This document shows positions 1 to 7,787 of a stretch of DNA of 40,775 nt, one piece after another. The translations under genes were made by a program, and so were the position numbers. The notes beneath the pieces were generated by a model. It was given only the letters and a program-made list of their open reading frames with translations, was not told the origin of the DNA and made no database searches. This DNA comes from a virus (Duplodnaviria; Caudoviricetes), in IMG/VR virus record IMGVR_UViG_3300012031_000027, positions 1-40,775 of that record. One strand, written 5' to 3'. Positions within the stretch are counted from its first letter, which is position 1. Every line of letters begins with the position of its first letter.

Positions 1-15
1 CGGAGGAATCAAAAC
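1..15. repeat. 15-bp terminal direct repeat CGGAGGAATCAAAAC (left copy); probable cohesive end of cos
   Basis: Identical to 40761-40775. The circular junction on the minus strand reads ...GCG|GTTTTGATTCCTCCG|CGCGGGTCTCGC, like the flanks of lambda cosN, and lies just upstream of terS. Confidence 0.85.
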
Positions 16-104
16 CGCAGGCCCCACCCGGCAGGCCCACAGTACCTTTTTTTTTTCTGAGAGGGCGGGGCGGCTACGGGCGGCTACATAGCGGAGCAAT
101 CGGC

Positions 105-812
105 CTACTTGAACAGGCCTTGCTTTCGCGCTTGGAATCGCAACGCATCCGCATAGAAAGCGGGCTGCATTCGTATGGCTTCGTTAAATGCTGGCAGTAG
201 CCAAGGGTTCTTTGGAATAATAATTGATGGATTACTCATGTCGTGCACCATCTTGATCTTAGGTCGGCGTTTCCCTCCAGTAACTTTAAATATGCCTTTA
301 GATTTATCTAAGTCCAAAAATACATATTTCCTGCCTGATGCGGCCGCCTCTTTTATGGCCACAAGATTACGTTGTTTCTTGCTGTAAGTCTTTCTCCCGC
401 CTTTTGAAAGTTGTATCTGCTGCATAGTGTTGGCTTTGCGCGGTAATCGCGTACGTGGCTGGCTGTCTTGGCCTTGGCCTGCCGAGAATGAAGTTGGTAT
501 TTGAACGCCTTCCTTTCCGGTTTTAGTTTCGGTTGCGCCAAACTCTTGGTCCTCCATGTAACCTGCAGTTGAGCCAACAATCGACTCTTGTTTTGATATG
601 CGCAGCGTCTTAGCCTGGCGCACTTGTATGCTTTGCAATGTAAACTTATTACGTAGCACCATAGACCTTTTTACGTCCGATTGTGATATAGCACGGGCAG
701 CAAACGCCGCATCGTTCAATGTCTTTTTAGTCGCAAACGGAAGCGAGCGTTCAGCAAACTGTTTAAGGTCAGCTTCTAGCTTTTTGATGTCACTGCTATT
801 AATTTCAAACAT
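105..812 (-). CDS. Putative tail-completion/neck protein (lambda gpZ-like)
   Basis: 235-aa basic ORF with SD GAGGAG. N-terminal 'LPFATKKTLNDAAF' helix pattern and C-terminal 'F...LR' resemble gpZ-like proteins found upstream of terminase genes. Confidence 0.55.
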   Translation of the reverse strand: MFEINSSDIKKLEADLKQFAERSLPFATKKTLNDAAFAARAISQSDVKRSMVLRNKFTLQSIQVRQAKTLRISKQESIVGSTAGYMEDQEFGATETKTGKEGVQIPTSFSAGQGQDSQPRTRLPRKANTMQQIQLSKGGRKTYSKKQRNLVAIKEAAASGRKYVFLDLDKSKGIFKVTGGKRRPKIKMVHDMSNPSIIIPKNPWLLPAFNEAIRMQPAFYADALRFQARKQGLFK

Positions 813-835
813 TTTTTGCCACTCCTCTTTTTCTT

Positions 836-846
836 ATAATACCACA
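836..846 (-). promoter_or_regulatory. Extended -10 promoter for the 105..812 gene
   Basis: Minus strand TGTGGTATTAT (TGn + TATTAT), about 24 nt upstream of the ATG. Confidence 0.45.
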
Positions 847-854
847 CAGAACAA

Positions 855-1165
855 ATACCCCGAACACCCCGCGTACCCAAAACGTTCGGGGTGGCTACAG
901 GCCGCTAAAACAAAGGCCTTTACCCCCTTTTAACCAATTACCCCTTACTTTATAACTTAGTAAGAGAATATATATATAGTATAGTATAGCAGTGCACCAC
1001 TGCTAGCCGCTACGAGGCCGCTACGAGGAGACACTACATACTCACACACAGACTGCACGGGGTTTGGCGGTACGGGGTATTTGGTTAGTCGGGGGTTAAA
1101 GCCAGTGTTGGCGGGGGCTGTAGGAATACCCCGTACGGTTTGTGGTTTTGGGTGCTTTTGGGTAA
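855..1165. other. Putative replication origin: imperfect ~90-bp inverted arms around an AT-rich core
   Basis: ~855-945 aligns with the reverse complement of ~1072-1165. The centre contains TATAACTTAGTAAGAGAATATATATATAGTATAGTATAG. It is the largest non-coding gap and lies downstream of the primase-helicase operon. Confidence 0.6.
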
Positions 1166-1179
1166 AATTGCACTCTAAT

Positions 1180-1233
1180 CGGCTACAAGCGGCTACAAGC
1201 GGCTACAAGCGGCTACAAGCGGCTACAAGCGGC
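1180..1233. repeat. Tandem array of five 10-bp GGCTACAAGC units
   Basis: Five perfect copies at 1181-1230 plus partial flanks. Confidence 0.95.
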
Positions 1234-1243
1234 GCAGAGCATT

Positions 1244-1268
1244 AAAAAACCCGCTTCGAGGCGGGCTT
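1244..1268 (-). terminator. Rho-independent terminator ending the leftward early operon
   Basis: Minus strand AAGCCCGCCTCGAAGCGGGTTTTTT: GC hairpin plus T6, just after the stop of 1275..1508. Confidence 0.85.
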
Positions 1269-1274
1269 AGGGAT

Positions 1275-1508
1275 TTATTGTAGCTCATCGCGTAATCGCT
1301 TTCGCTCAATGTGGTCTTCGATACATCGTCGGTTACGAAGATTAGCTTTGTCTTCTAAGTTCCTGTTGCGTTCGTTACGTGCTTTTATCTTAGCGGCTGT
1401 GACCTCAGGCAACACTGTTTTATGAGGGTCATATTCATTTACACCCCATCTCAGGCCACATAAACAAGCGTATTCGTCGCTCTCCCGCCACTTGCTACAC
1501 TTTGACAT
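1275..1508 (-). CDS. Hypothetical protein with small Cys/His motif
   Basis: 77 aa, SD GAGGAG, C..(x)..CxCGLRW..DPH motif. Confidence 0.7.
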   Translation of the reverse strand: MSKCSKWRESDEYACLCGLRWGVNEYDPHKTVLPEVTAAKIKARNERNRNLEDKANLRNRRCIEDHIERKRLRDELQ

Positions 1509-1611
1509 ACCATACTCCTCTGCTTAAACCACATCGCTGTATTTTGCAGCCTGGGTGCCGTGCTAAGACATTGCTAATTAAAACGCCTAACCTCTCACTG
1601 CAATACCACAT
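1495..1611 (-). CDS. Small hypothetical protein (38 aa), absent from the ORF track
   Basis: MWYCSERLGVLISNVLARHPGCKIQRCGLSRGVWYVKV. The ATG abuts the upstream TAA and the ORF fills the gap in the operon. Confidence 0.5.
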   Translation of the reverse strand: MWYCSERLGVLISNVLARHPGCKIQRCGLSRGVWYVKV

Positions 1612-1980
1612 TTATAAAACCCCTTGTTCGGGTATTTTTATCCACTCACGTTTGCTTATTGAGAAAAGCGGGCGGTTTCGCTCCAAGTGGTCATTCTTAA
1701 ATGAAATCCTAAAGGCACCTAGTGGGCTGACGGTAATAATGCAAAATTTAGCTGTTTCGTATGGGGCGCCGATTTCTTTGCACATATAACGGCCGCTTGT
1801 CGTAGGCGTTTGCTTTTGCCACGGCCAGTTAAAAGGCTGTTTTTTAGCTATGTATGACTCAATTGTGCGCTCGTGTGTTTCTAAATTACTGAGCAATAAA
1901 TACGCTTCGGCGATAGCTTGGTCGTTTAATATTTTAAACTTTTCTAGCTCTGCAAGTGTTAATTTATCAAATTCGTGCAT
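1612..1980 (-). CDS. Hypothetical protein
   Basis: ATG at 1980 with SD GGAG, preferred over GTG at 1989; has its own promoter upstream. Confidence 0.7.
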   Translation of the reverse strand: MHEFDKLTLAELEKFKILNDQAIAEAYLLLSNLETHERTIESYIAKKQPFNWPWQKQTPTTSGRYMCKEIGAPYETAKFCIITVSPLGAFRISFKNDHLERNRPLFSISKREWIKIPEQGVL

Positions 1981-2019
1981 TTTATTCACTCCGTCAAGGT
2001 GTTTTTCTTAAGTGAGTCA

Positions 2020-2048
2020 ACCTTACGCCCTATTGACCTCACCGTCAA
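2020..2048 (-). promoter_or_regulatory. Sigma70-like promoter overlapped by a TTGAC-N6-GTCAA palindrome
   Basis: Minus strand TTGACG-17 bp-TAAGGT; palindrome at 2033-2048. Confidence 0.65.
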
Positions 2049-2124
2049 CATAGAATGTTAATTAGTTTTTAAGGGTGTTTAAATTTCACCAAGTCGTAAG
2101 CGCTTCGCTTTTAGTTGGCACATA

Positions 2125-4761
2125 TCATTTTACCTTGAAAACATCCGCAGCGTTACCAGTGGGTACTATATGGGCGCCTTGGGCTTCTTGATAGACTCTA
2201 GCCACTTCCGCAGCGCCTTGAATGTTGCAGTTTATGTGACCTTTGCGCACAAAAAGCCGCGGCTTTTTATTATCATCCATTGGTATAGGGTTATTTACCC
2301 GACCATCAATTAGCGCTGGATGCCACACATAGCCAAGTGACTGTAATAAATCCTTTCGCTTATTATGCGGAATTGTTCGCGTAGCGTGAATTGAATATAG
2401 GAGGCGTTCAACAGCTACCGACGACACCCAGCCACCGGCGAACCCCGGGCGGCCTTCTTCCACGGCTTCTAGTATTTCCTGCTCTACTCCGCCAAGGGAT
2501 GCAAATATCGCTTCGTCTGTGCTAGAAGTTTGCGGTGCTCTATGGCATGCTCCGGCGGGGTTTAATTCGTCGGGAATAGCGTAGTTTGCTAGATAATTCG
2601 CCACTATGGCGTAACCGTCAGCTTTAAGCCACGAGTATATATCTGGAAAATAAGACCCATCCATACCGTCGCGTATGATGTCCGTGTCTAACTGTTGGGC
2701 ACAATAGAAAACCGCAAATCGACGGTCGTTTCTTGTCTTACGTATGCCATCTTTATAATTGCTATTTAGTATGAAATTGGCAAAATTATCGCCCATTACC
2801 TGCGCGACTTGCATGGCGCGCTTAGCTAATCGGTCGTTTGTTATCATCGGTTTGAGTACTTCGATTATCTCTTTTTTATGATCGGGAACGTATACGTCCT
2901 CTATCCCTATGAACAATTTATTAAACAGCCATTCGTTGAATTTTTCTGATATTTCGCTGGCCGGTGGTAAGTGCGTGTATTTATCCCCGATAGCGAAGGC
3001 CACACAGCGCGTAAACAGCGTTTTACCGTTACCTTCAACGCCTTGTATTAACGGCGCCCATTGAAACTTAATCCCTTTGTGCTGTATGCACGCAGCCATG
3101 TATGCTAGTAATATTCCGCGATCATCCTCACTTGGTAGTACTTTGGCAAGGTGTAGCAAAAACGGCGCTGGATCGCCTTCAAGACGATTAGTTTCGATAG
3201 GTAGATAAGCATTAAGTAATAGCCTTCCGTCTTCTTTAAGTAATCCGCCAGGTGCTTCAAGTGGCCTAAATGCCATGGCCTCGGCTTTGGGATATCTGAC
3301 GATTTGTGACTCTGTGAATGCTTCCCATGCCTTACGCGTTACTTTGTCTCCACCATCGTCCAACTGGAAGGTATAACCGCCATATGTGGCATTAAATTGT
3401 TCGGATTTCAGTAGCGCGCCGTTAGGTGTAAAAACTTTATGAATATCCTGAATGTAGACGCAACCCTTGAAATATTCTATTTGTTGATTAGCGCCAAGGT
3501 ATTGATAACCTGATAGTATTTTAGGCTCCGTTAATGCCTGAGCAAGTGGCGCAGCTGCGGTATTAACAGGCGTCAATATCTTACGCAATTCTTCGGTTGT
3601 TTTATCTTTATTATCTAACCAAAATTTGGCGGTAGGCACTTTGCAAAACATTTCTATTAATTCTACTTCGCCTAGGCATTCTTCTAATTTTTGCGCTCTA
3701 ACATTAGTCCCATATTCACATTGTGCCTGACTGTTCGCGCGTAGTTTCACAGCTCCGAATTGTTGGGCTATAACGTCCTCAACTTGCTTAACAGAGTAAA
3801 CAACGTCTTGCAAGGATACGGCCCTTGTTATAGTCCTTTCTAAATAATCGCCCTCGCGGTCGATCCATTTATCGCGTACTAAATCTGATAACCACATGAG
3901 ACGTAATATGCGTTCGCAATTGTTGCCCGTCCAAAAAGCTAGGTGCTGAGCGAGTGCGGCGTCCACCCTGCTTAAATCAGTTCTGCCAAGACCTTGGTCG
4001 TCCGGGTAGCATTCTCCAAGTAAATCTTCGTTATTAGTCCACAAGTCTTTGAAAGTAGAATTTTTACCAAAAACAGCACTCGGGCTGCCCGTTTTTAAAG
4101 CCCGCTCGATAAGCTCGTGATCGTCGTCTGTTCCTGTCCAGCTTTCTACGGCTTCGGTGGTCCATTCTTTTGATCCACTGCCTGTCTTTTTAAGCCAATA
4201 TTCGGCTATATAGTCTAACTGGGCTTGGTCAGCTTTAGCGGCAGCGCTGCCTATTATGTTTTTACCCGTCAGCGCAACAAATCGTTTTTCAGTATAAAGG
4301 TCAAATAAGCCCGTTGACTCACCTGTGACGGGGTTTTTTGCTTTTTTACGCCGTTCATCTGGGGGTGTTGTAGGTGAACCGGTGCCGAATATGTGCAAAC
4401 CACGGCCAGATTGTGATACTTCTACTGCAGCACCGGAAAAACGACCCATTAACTCTATGGCAATAGGCGACCACGCACCACTTTCAGGTAAAAAACAATC
4501 GTCAATATCGAAGAAATAAAATGGGTCATTTTCTGTAAACACAAAAGCGACACCATATTCAGGACCATACAATAAAGCGGTATTTACTGCAGTGTCGGCG
4601 TCCCTCCAAATACTTTCGTCGTGCGCGTCTTTAATTTCGCCCGCAAAATTACACGGATATTTGTGCGTTTTACCGGGTATTTCTAAATTCGGTACCAATT
4701 TGTATAAACAAAACTGCTTAAACGCTGCTAAGGGCTGCAGCGCTTCGGGTAAATGTTGCAT
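2125..4761 (-). CDS. NrS-1-like primase-polymerase fused to an SF3 helicase
   Basis: AEP motifs DIDD, EVSQSGRGLH and LYTEKRFVALTG. Helical-bundle motif DLSRVDAALAQHLAFWTG...RDKW...YLERTI. Walker A GVEGNGKT and downstream NDRRF. Confidence 0.9.
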   Translation of the reverse strand: MQHLPEALQPLAAFKQFCLYKLVPNLEIPGKTHKYPCNFAGEIKDAHDESIWRDADTAVNTALLYGPEYGVAFVFTENDPFYFFDIDDCFLPESGAWSPIAIELMGRFSGAAVEVSQSGRGLHIFGTGSPTTPPDERRKKAKNPVTGESTGLFDLYTEKRFVALTGKNIIGSAAAKADQAQLDYIAEYWLKKTGSGSKEWTTEAVESWTGTDDDHELIERALKTGSPSAVFGKNSTFKDLWTNNEDLLGECYPDDQGLGRTDLSRVDAALAQHLAFWTGNNCERILRLMWLSDLVRDKWIDREGDYLERTITRAVSLQDVVYSVKQVEDVIAQQFGAVKLRANSQAQCEYGTNVRAQKLEECLGEVELIEMFCKVPTAKFWLDNKDKTTEELRKILTPVNTAAAPLAQALTEPKILSGYQYLGANQQIEYFKGCVYIQDIHKVFTPNGALLKSEQFNATYGGYTFQLDDGGDKVTRKAWEAFTESQIVRYPKAEAMAFRPLEAPGGLLKEDGRLLLNAYLPIETNRLEGDPAPFLLHLAKVLPSEDDRGILLAYMAACIQHKGIKFQWAPLIQGVEGNGKTLFTRCVAFAIGDKYTHLPPASEISEKFNEWLFNKLFIGIEDVYVPDHKKEIIEVLKPMITNDRLAKRAMQVAQVMGDNFANFILNSNYKDGIRKTRNDRRFAVFYCAQQLDTDIIRDGMDGSYFPDIYSWLKADGYAIVANYLANYAIPDELNPAGACHRAPQTSSTDEAIFASLGGVEQEILEAVEEGRPGFAGGWVSSVAVERLLYSIHATRTIPHNKRKDLLQSLGYVWHPALIDGRVNNPIPMDDNKKPRLFVRKGHINCNIQGAAEVARVYQEAQGAHIVPTGNAADVFKVK

Positions 4762-4770
4762 ATGACGCCC

Positions 4771-5280
4771 CTAATATATTGTGGCTAATAATTTTATAGC
4801 GGCTTCCTTTAATTCGGGATCTGCTTTTTTAGCATGTTCATCTCCTTGCGCTAAACCTTGCGCTACCACCTCAATGATAGATTGTTTAATGGCCCTGCGC
4901 ATAATAGCGGTCTTTAGCTGCCCCATCGTGCCAAAATAGCGAGTTACTAATCCCATAGAAACGCCCGCAGCTTCTGCCACTTTATCGCGCGTTATACGCG
5001 TATATCCGACATTTTTAGAAAGCAACACCGCTATATTCAGTATGTGGTCTTTACGAAGCGCCGGGTTCGCACGCGTTTTACTGACTATATGCGAAAATTC
5101 TGGAATGTTTTCGAGTTTTAACTCTTCAACGAAATCTGAAAAATTGCACCCCATAATATGCGGAAAAGACCCGTCAGGTATACCCGCTCGCTCACATAAT
5201 TGCCGGCGCGATAGGTTAATTAAACCGCTACCCTTTACCATACACACCGCTACTTTTTTGACTTCGTCACGTTGATTCAT
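4771..5280 (-). CDS. TetR-like transcriptional regulator with two HTH motifs
   Basis: ITRDKVAEAAGVSMGLVTRYFGT is a TetR HTH; a second HTH-like segment LSRRQLCERAGIPDGSF is N-terminal. SD GAGG. Confidence 0.8.
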   Translation of the reverse strand: MNQRDEVKKVAVCMVKGSGLINLSRRQLCERAGIPDGSFPHIMGCNFSDFVEELKLENIPEFSHIVSKTRANPALRKDHILNIAVLLSKNVGYTRITRDKVAEAAGVSMGLVTRYFGTMGQLKTAIMRRAIKQSIIEVVAQGLAQGDEHAKKADPELKEAAIKLLATIY

Positions 5281-5525
5281 TTGTTTACTTCCTCGTTATT
5301 ATTAACAGAAGAGTAACCGTTACTGACGGTCGCGTCAACATGCCATGTAAAACAACTAAATATAACCCTATCTTCACCTTGACCATAAATAAGCGTTTTC
5401 TTTGAGCGCGGCACTTCGGGTGGGCCTATTGCAGATACAACATCGTCAAGCGTAGAAAAGCCCGAATCCGTAGAGGTCCCAGTGCATTGCTTATTAGAGT
5501 TTTTAAAAGAAGTAACGTAAATCAT
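5277..5525 (-). CDS. Hypothetical protein
   Basis: Start reassigned to ATG 5525, giving an ATGA overlap with the upstream stop; it ends in an ATGA overlap with the regulator gene. Confidence 0.6.
   Translation of the reverse strand: MIYVTSFKNSNKQCTGTSTDSGFSTLDDVVSAIGPPEVPRSKKTLIYGQGEDRVIFSCFTWHVDATVSNGYSSVNNNEEVNK
5310..5338 (-). promoter_or_regulatory. Promoter of the TetR-like/primase genes with TGAC-N6-GTCA operator
   Basis: Minus strand TTGACG-17 bp-TACTCT; palindrome TGACGGTCGCGTCA at 5324-5337. Confidence 0.65.
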
Positions 5526-5860
5526 TTGTAAGGCTCCCACACAGTTACATTGTTTTCTAAACATTTATTTATCATGTCTCGCGTTCCACTGTTGCCAGGC
5601 ATAGCCAAACAATAATTTGGTTTTAATAGAAGCATAGCGGAGTTACGAAGGCCGCCCGCCGCTTTATTAAAATTTGTCCATAGAGCTGGTACCTCTGCGT
5701 AATGCACTCCATTTTCGGTTGCCCAGCCGCGCGCTAAGCTGTCCGCGCCTTTTGCTCCACCTTCGATTATTATCTCAGGTGAGAACGGAAGTAAACGCAT
5801 GGCGGCACATAACGCCTCATAGTCATTAAAAAAACGACCGCCGCAAACTAACAATATCAT
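5522..5860 (-). CDS. SLOG-family protein (DUF2493/YspA-like)
   Basis: LVCGGR, IIEGGAKGADSLA, AGGLRNSAML and PGNSGTRDMI motifs. Confidence 0.85.
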   Translation of the reverse strand: MILLVCGGRFFNDYEALCAAMRLLPFSPEIIIEGGAKGADSLARGWATENGVHYAEVPALWTNFNKAAGGLRNSAMLLLKPNYCLAMPGNSGTRDMINKCLENNVTVWEPYK

Positions 5861-6330
5861 AAAGTACCTTCACTATTAGCAAACGCCGCGTCGCCGCCCA
5901 TTGACGTGACTAAATTTAAGAAATTAAGCTGTGCCAACTCTCTATTAGTGCCTGTATACGACCACATGGATGGCTTTACTTCGCGAGCTATAAACTGCCC
6001 AACTACACCCCCCACGTGACTTTGTGTTATTAAGAGAGGTCTTAGACCTATCAAATCGCTAGACTTAACTTTATCGTTCATTTGCTTAGAGTCGTTAGCT
6101 AAACCATAGCGTAAAAAACTACCGTCTTGGGTGTAAGTTGCGCCTACGTTGTTGCGCCATAAACGACACCCTTTACGTGTTGCTTCTATACGTATCTGCA
6201 CTTGAACAGCGCCTTCGCTTAGCCCTTGTTGTACTTTTGGGTCGGTTTTAGCCATTCCTAACTCTCGGCGTAAGTCCTCAACCGCAGCAAGAGGAACACC
6301 CCATTTCATAGCCCATTGTATTAAGTTCAT
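5857..6330 (-). CDS. VRR-NUC family nuclease (putative Holliday junction resolvase)
   Basis: E..VQ, LWRNNVG, SSDLIG, AREVK and Q..FL PD-(D/E)XK pattern. Confidence 0.85.
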   Translation of the reverse strand: MNLIQWAMKWGVPLAAVEDLRRELGMAKTDPKVQQGLSEGAVQVQIRIEATRKGCRLWRNNVGATYTQDGSFLRYGLANDSKQMNDKVKSSDLIGLRPLLITQSHVGGVVGQFIAREVKPSMWSYTGTNRELAQLNFLNLVTSMGGDAAFANSEGTL

Positions 6331-6479
6331 TTTACCGTTCCTCTCGGGTCTGGGAGCGTAATTAATACCTGTTCAATAGTTCCGTCAGTGTAGTAAAAAG
6401 TAAATTCTTTTACAGCAACCCACTTACTCTTAAAGAAATAATTAATTTCTTGATGATAACAAAATCGTTCGGTGTTCAT
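6327..6479 (-). CDS. Small hypothetical protein (50 aa)
   Basis: ATG 6479 overlaps the upstream TGA (ATGA), and its stop overlaps the next ATG. Confidence 0.5.
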   Translation of the reverse strand: MNTERFCYHQEINYFFKSKWVAVKEFTFYYTDGTIEQVLITLPDPRGTVK

Positions 6480-6679
6480 ACCGGAACACTCGGAAGTTCT
6501 TCCCAATGAGTAATAATTGCGCCACCTAATGGGGCATACCACCCTGCATCCTTGATACTTTCATTGTCAAACTTAAATATTTCTAAGGTACCGTCGCTCC
6601 AGTATGTTAAATATAGACCCGTACCTTCGGGCATTGCGTGCTTACACGGTATCCACTCAAATTCGCTACTTGTGCTCAT
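6476..6679 (-). CDS. DUF551-like phage protein
   Basis: EWIPC...MPE and ITHW..LP signature. Confidence 0.75.
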   Translation of the reverse strand: MSTSSEFEWIPCKHAMPEGTGLYLTYWSDGTLEIFKFDNESIKDAGWYAPLGGAIITHWEELPSVPV

Positions 6680-7116
6680 ACGATATCCTTTAAAATTTGG
6701 TTAAAATAGTCGTTTTGGTCAGAAAGCTCTAATTTTGCAATTTTTGCCTCCTCGTTTTTAGCTCTTTTATTTCTTACTCTAAGCTCGTCAGCGTCCATGA
6801 CGTGCTTAGATGATGTATGCCGGCTAGATGTGATTACAAACTTTTTAGCCGCGGCAAGTGGCTTGTTAGCTTTTAGGTTGGCCACTTTTAAGAATCTATT
6901 AGTTTGCGGCTTTGTAGGTTCCCGGTAAAGCTCACCGCCGATTGAATGTTTGCCGGTATATTCTCGGTCACAGCCGCAGCCCTTAACTTTTCCTAGATTG
7001 CCTTTTGTGATTTCGCGCCTAGTACCGCATTTGCATTTACATTCAAACTTGCCTGCAGTTTGTGCCTGGGCGATAACGGTCCAATTGTTATATGATTTGC
7101 CTATTTCGATATTCAT
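6676..7116 (-). CDS. Zn-binding protein with an HNH/AP2-associated N-terminal domain
   Basis: IGKSYNNWTVI...CKCKCG...GCGC motif; no HNH catalytic motif visible. Confidence 0.65.
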   Translation of the reverse strand: MNIEIGKSYNNWTVIAQAQTAGKFECKCKCGTRREITKGNLGKVKGCGCDREYTGKHSIGGELYREPTKPQTNRFLKVANLKANKPLAAAKKFVITSSRHTSSKHVMDADELRVRNKRAKNEEAKIAKLELSDQNDYFNQILKDIV

Positions 7117-7418
7117 CGCCCTACCTCATTTGCTTGCTTGCGTAAACGATTAACAATTAGAATAATTGTATCTATCGCACCTTGGCTGAATCCGTCTAGC
7201 TCACGACAAGCTAATAACTCATCTATTCCCTTAGCTTGCTGCTCTAAATCACGCTTGGCCTCTGTTTTGTTTAATTTCTCGCGCAGTGAAAATGATTCGT
7301 TTAATTCAGTGCCATCAAATATTTTAAAAGCAAATTGTTCTAATACGTCCATTTCGTTTTCTGTGATATTTTCTGGCGCGAACTGCAATAGATAATCTAT
7401 AAAATCACTTCTTTTCAT
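7113..7418 (-). CDS. Hypothetical protein
   Basis: 101-aa ORF coupled within the operon; GGAG upstream. Confidence 0.65.
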   Translation of the reverse strand: MKRSDFIDYLLQFAPENITENEMDVLEQFAFKIFDGTELNESFSLREKLNKTEAKRDLEQQAKGIDELLACRELDGFSQGAIDTIILIVNRLRKQANEVGR

Positions 7419-7680
7419 TTACTTCTCCCTCTGCATTTATGCCTGTTATTTCGTATGTTTTTTCTGCCATGTATTCAATATCAACGCTGTAATTCATAGC
7501 TAATTTGCCTAGTGCTTCATTGTAAATCAAAGAACTTAGCTGTTTGACCTGCTCACCTAGTTGAATATTTTCGGCTCTTAGCCTATAAACCTCCGTTGGT
7601 GTCCAGTCTACATCGCTACAGCAGCAATCACCCTGAGTACTAGCGTAGCACTGGCAATTTATACCTGCGTAATAAGTCAT
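7405..7680 (-). CDS. Hypothetical protein with Cys-rich N-terminus and coiled coil
   Basis: CQC...CCC motif; ATG 7680 overlaps the upstream TGA. Confidence 0.65.
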   Translation of the reverse strand: MTYYAGINCQCYASTQGDCCCSDVDWTPTEVYRLRAENIQLGEQVKQLSSLIYNEALGKLAMNYSVDIEYMAEKTYEITGINAEGEVNEKK

Positions 7681-7784
7681 AGCCACCCCACTAGATATAA
7701 AATATTAATTATAAGTATTGCTATGAGTCCACCAATTACCGCTGCAACAATAAACTCTAATAAAATCACAGTTTTAATTTTCAT
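7677..7784 (-). CDS. Small single-pass membrane protein (35 aa), absent from the ORF track
   Basis: MKIKTVILLEFIVAAVIGGLIAILIINILYLVGWL; AGGA SD; ATGA coupling to the next gene. Confidence 0.6.
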   Translation of the reverse strand: MKIKTVILLEFIVAAVIGGLIAILIINILYLVGWL

Positions 7785-7787
7785 TTG

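Noticed and set aside
598-933. 111-aa plus-strand ORF running into the origin region
   Set aside because: Antisense to the 105..812 gene and ends within the inverted-repeat arm.
1180-1233. Repeat array as a mini-CRISPR
   Set aside because: The units are 10 bp and contiguous, with no spacers.
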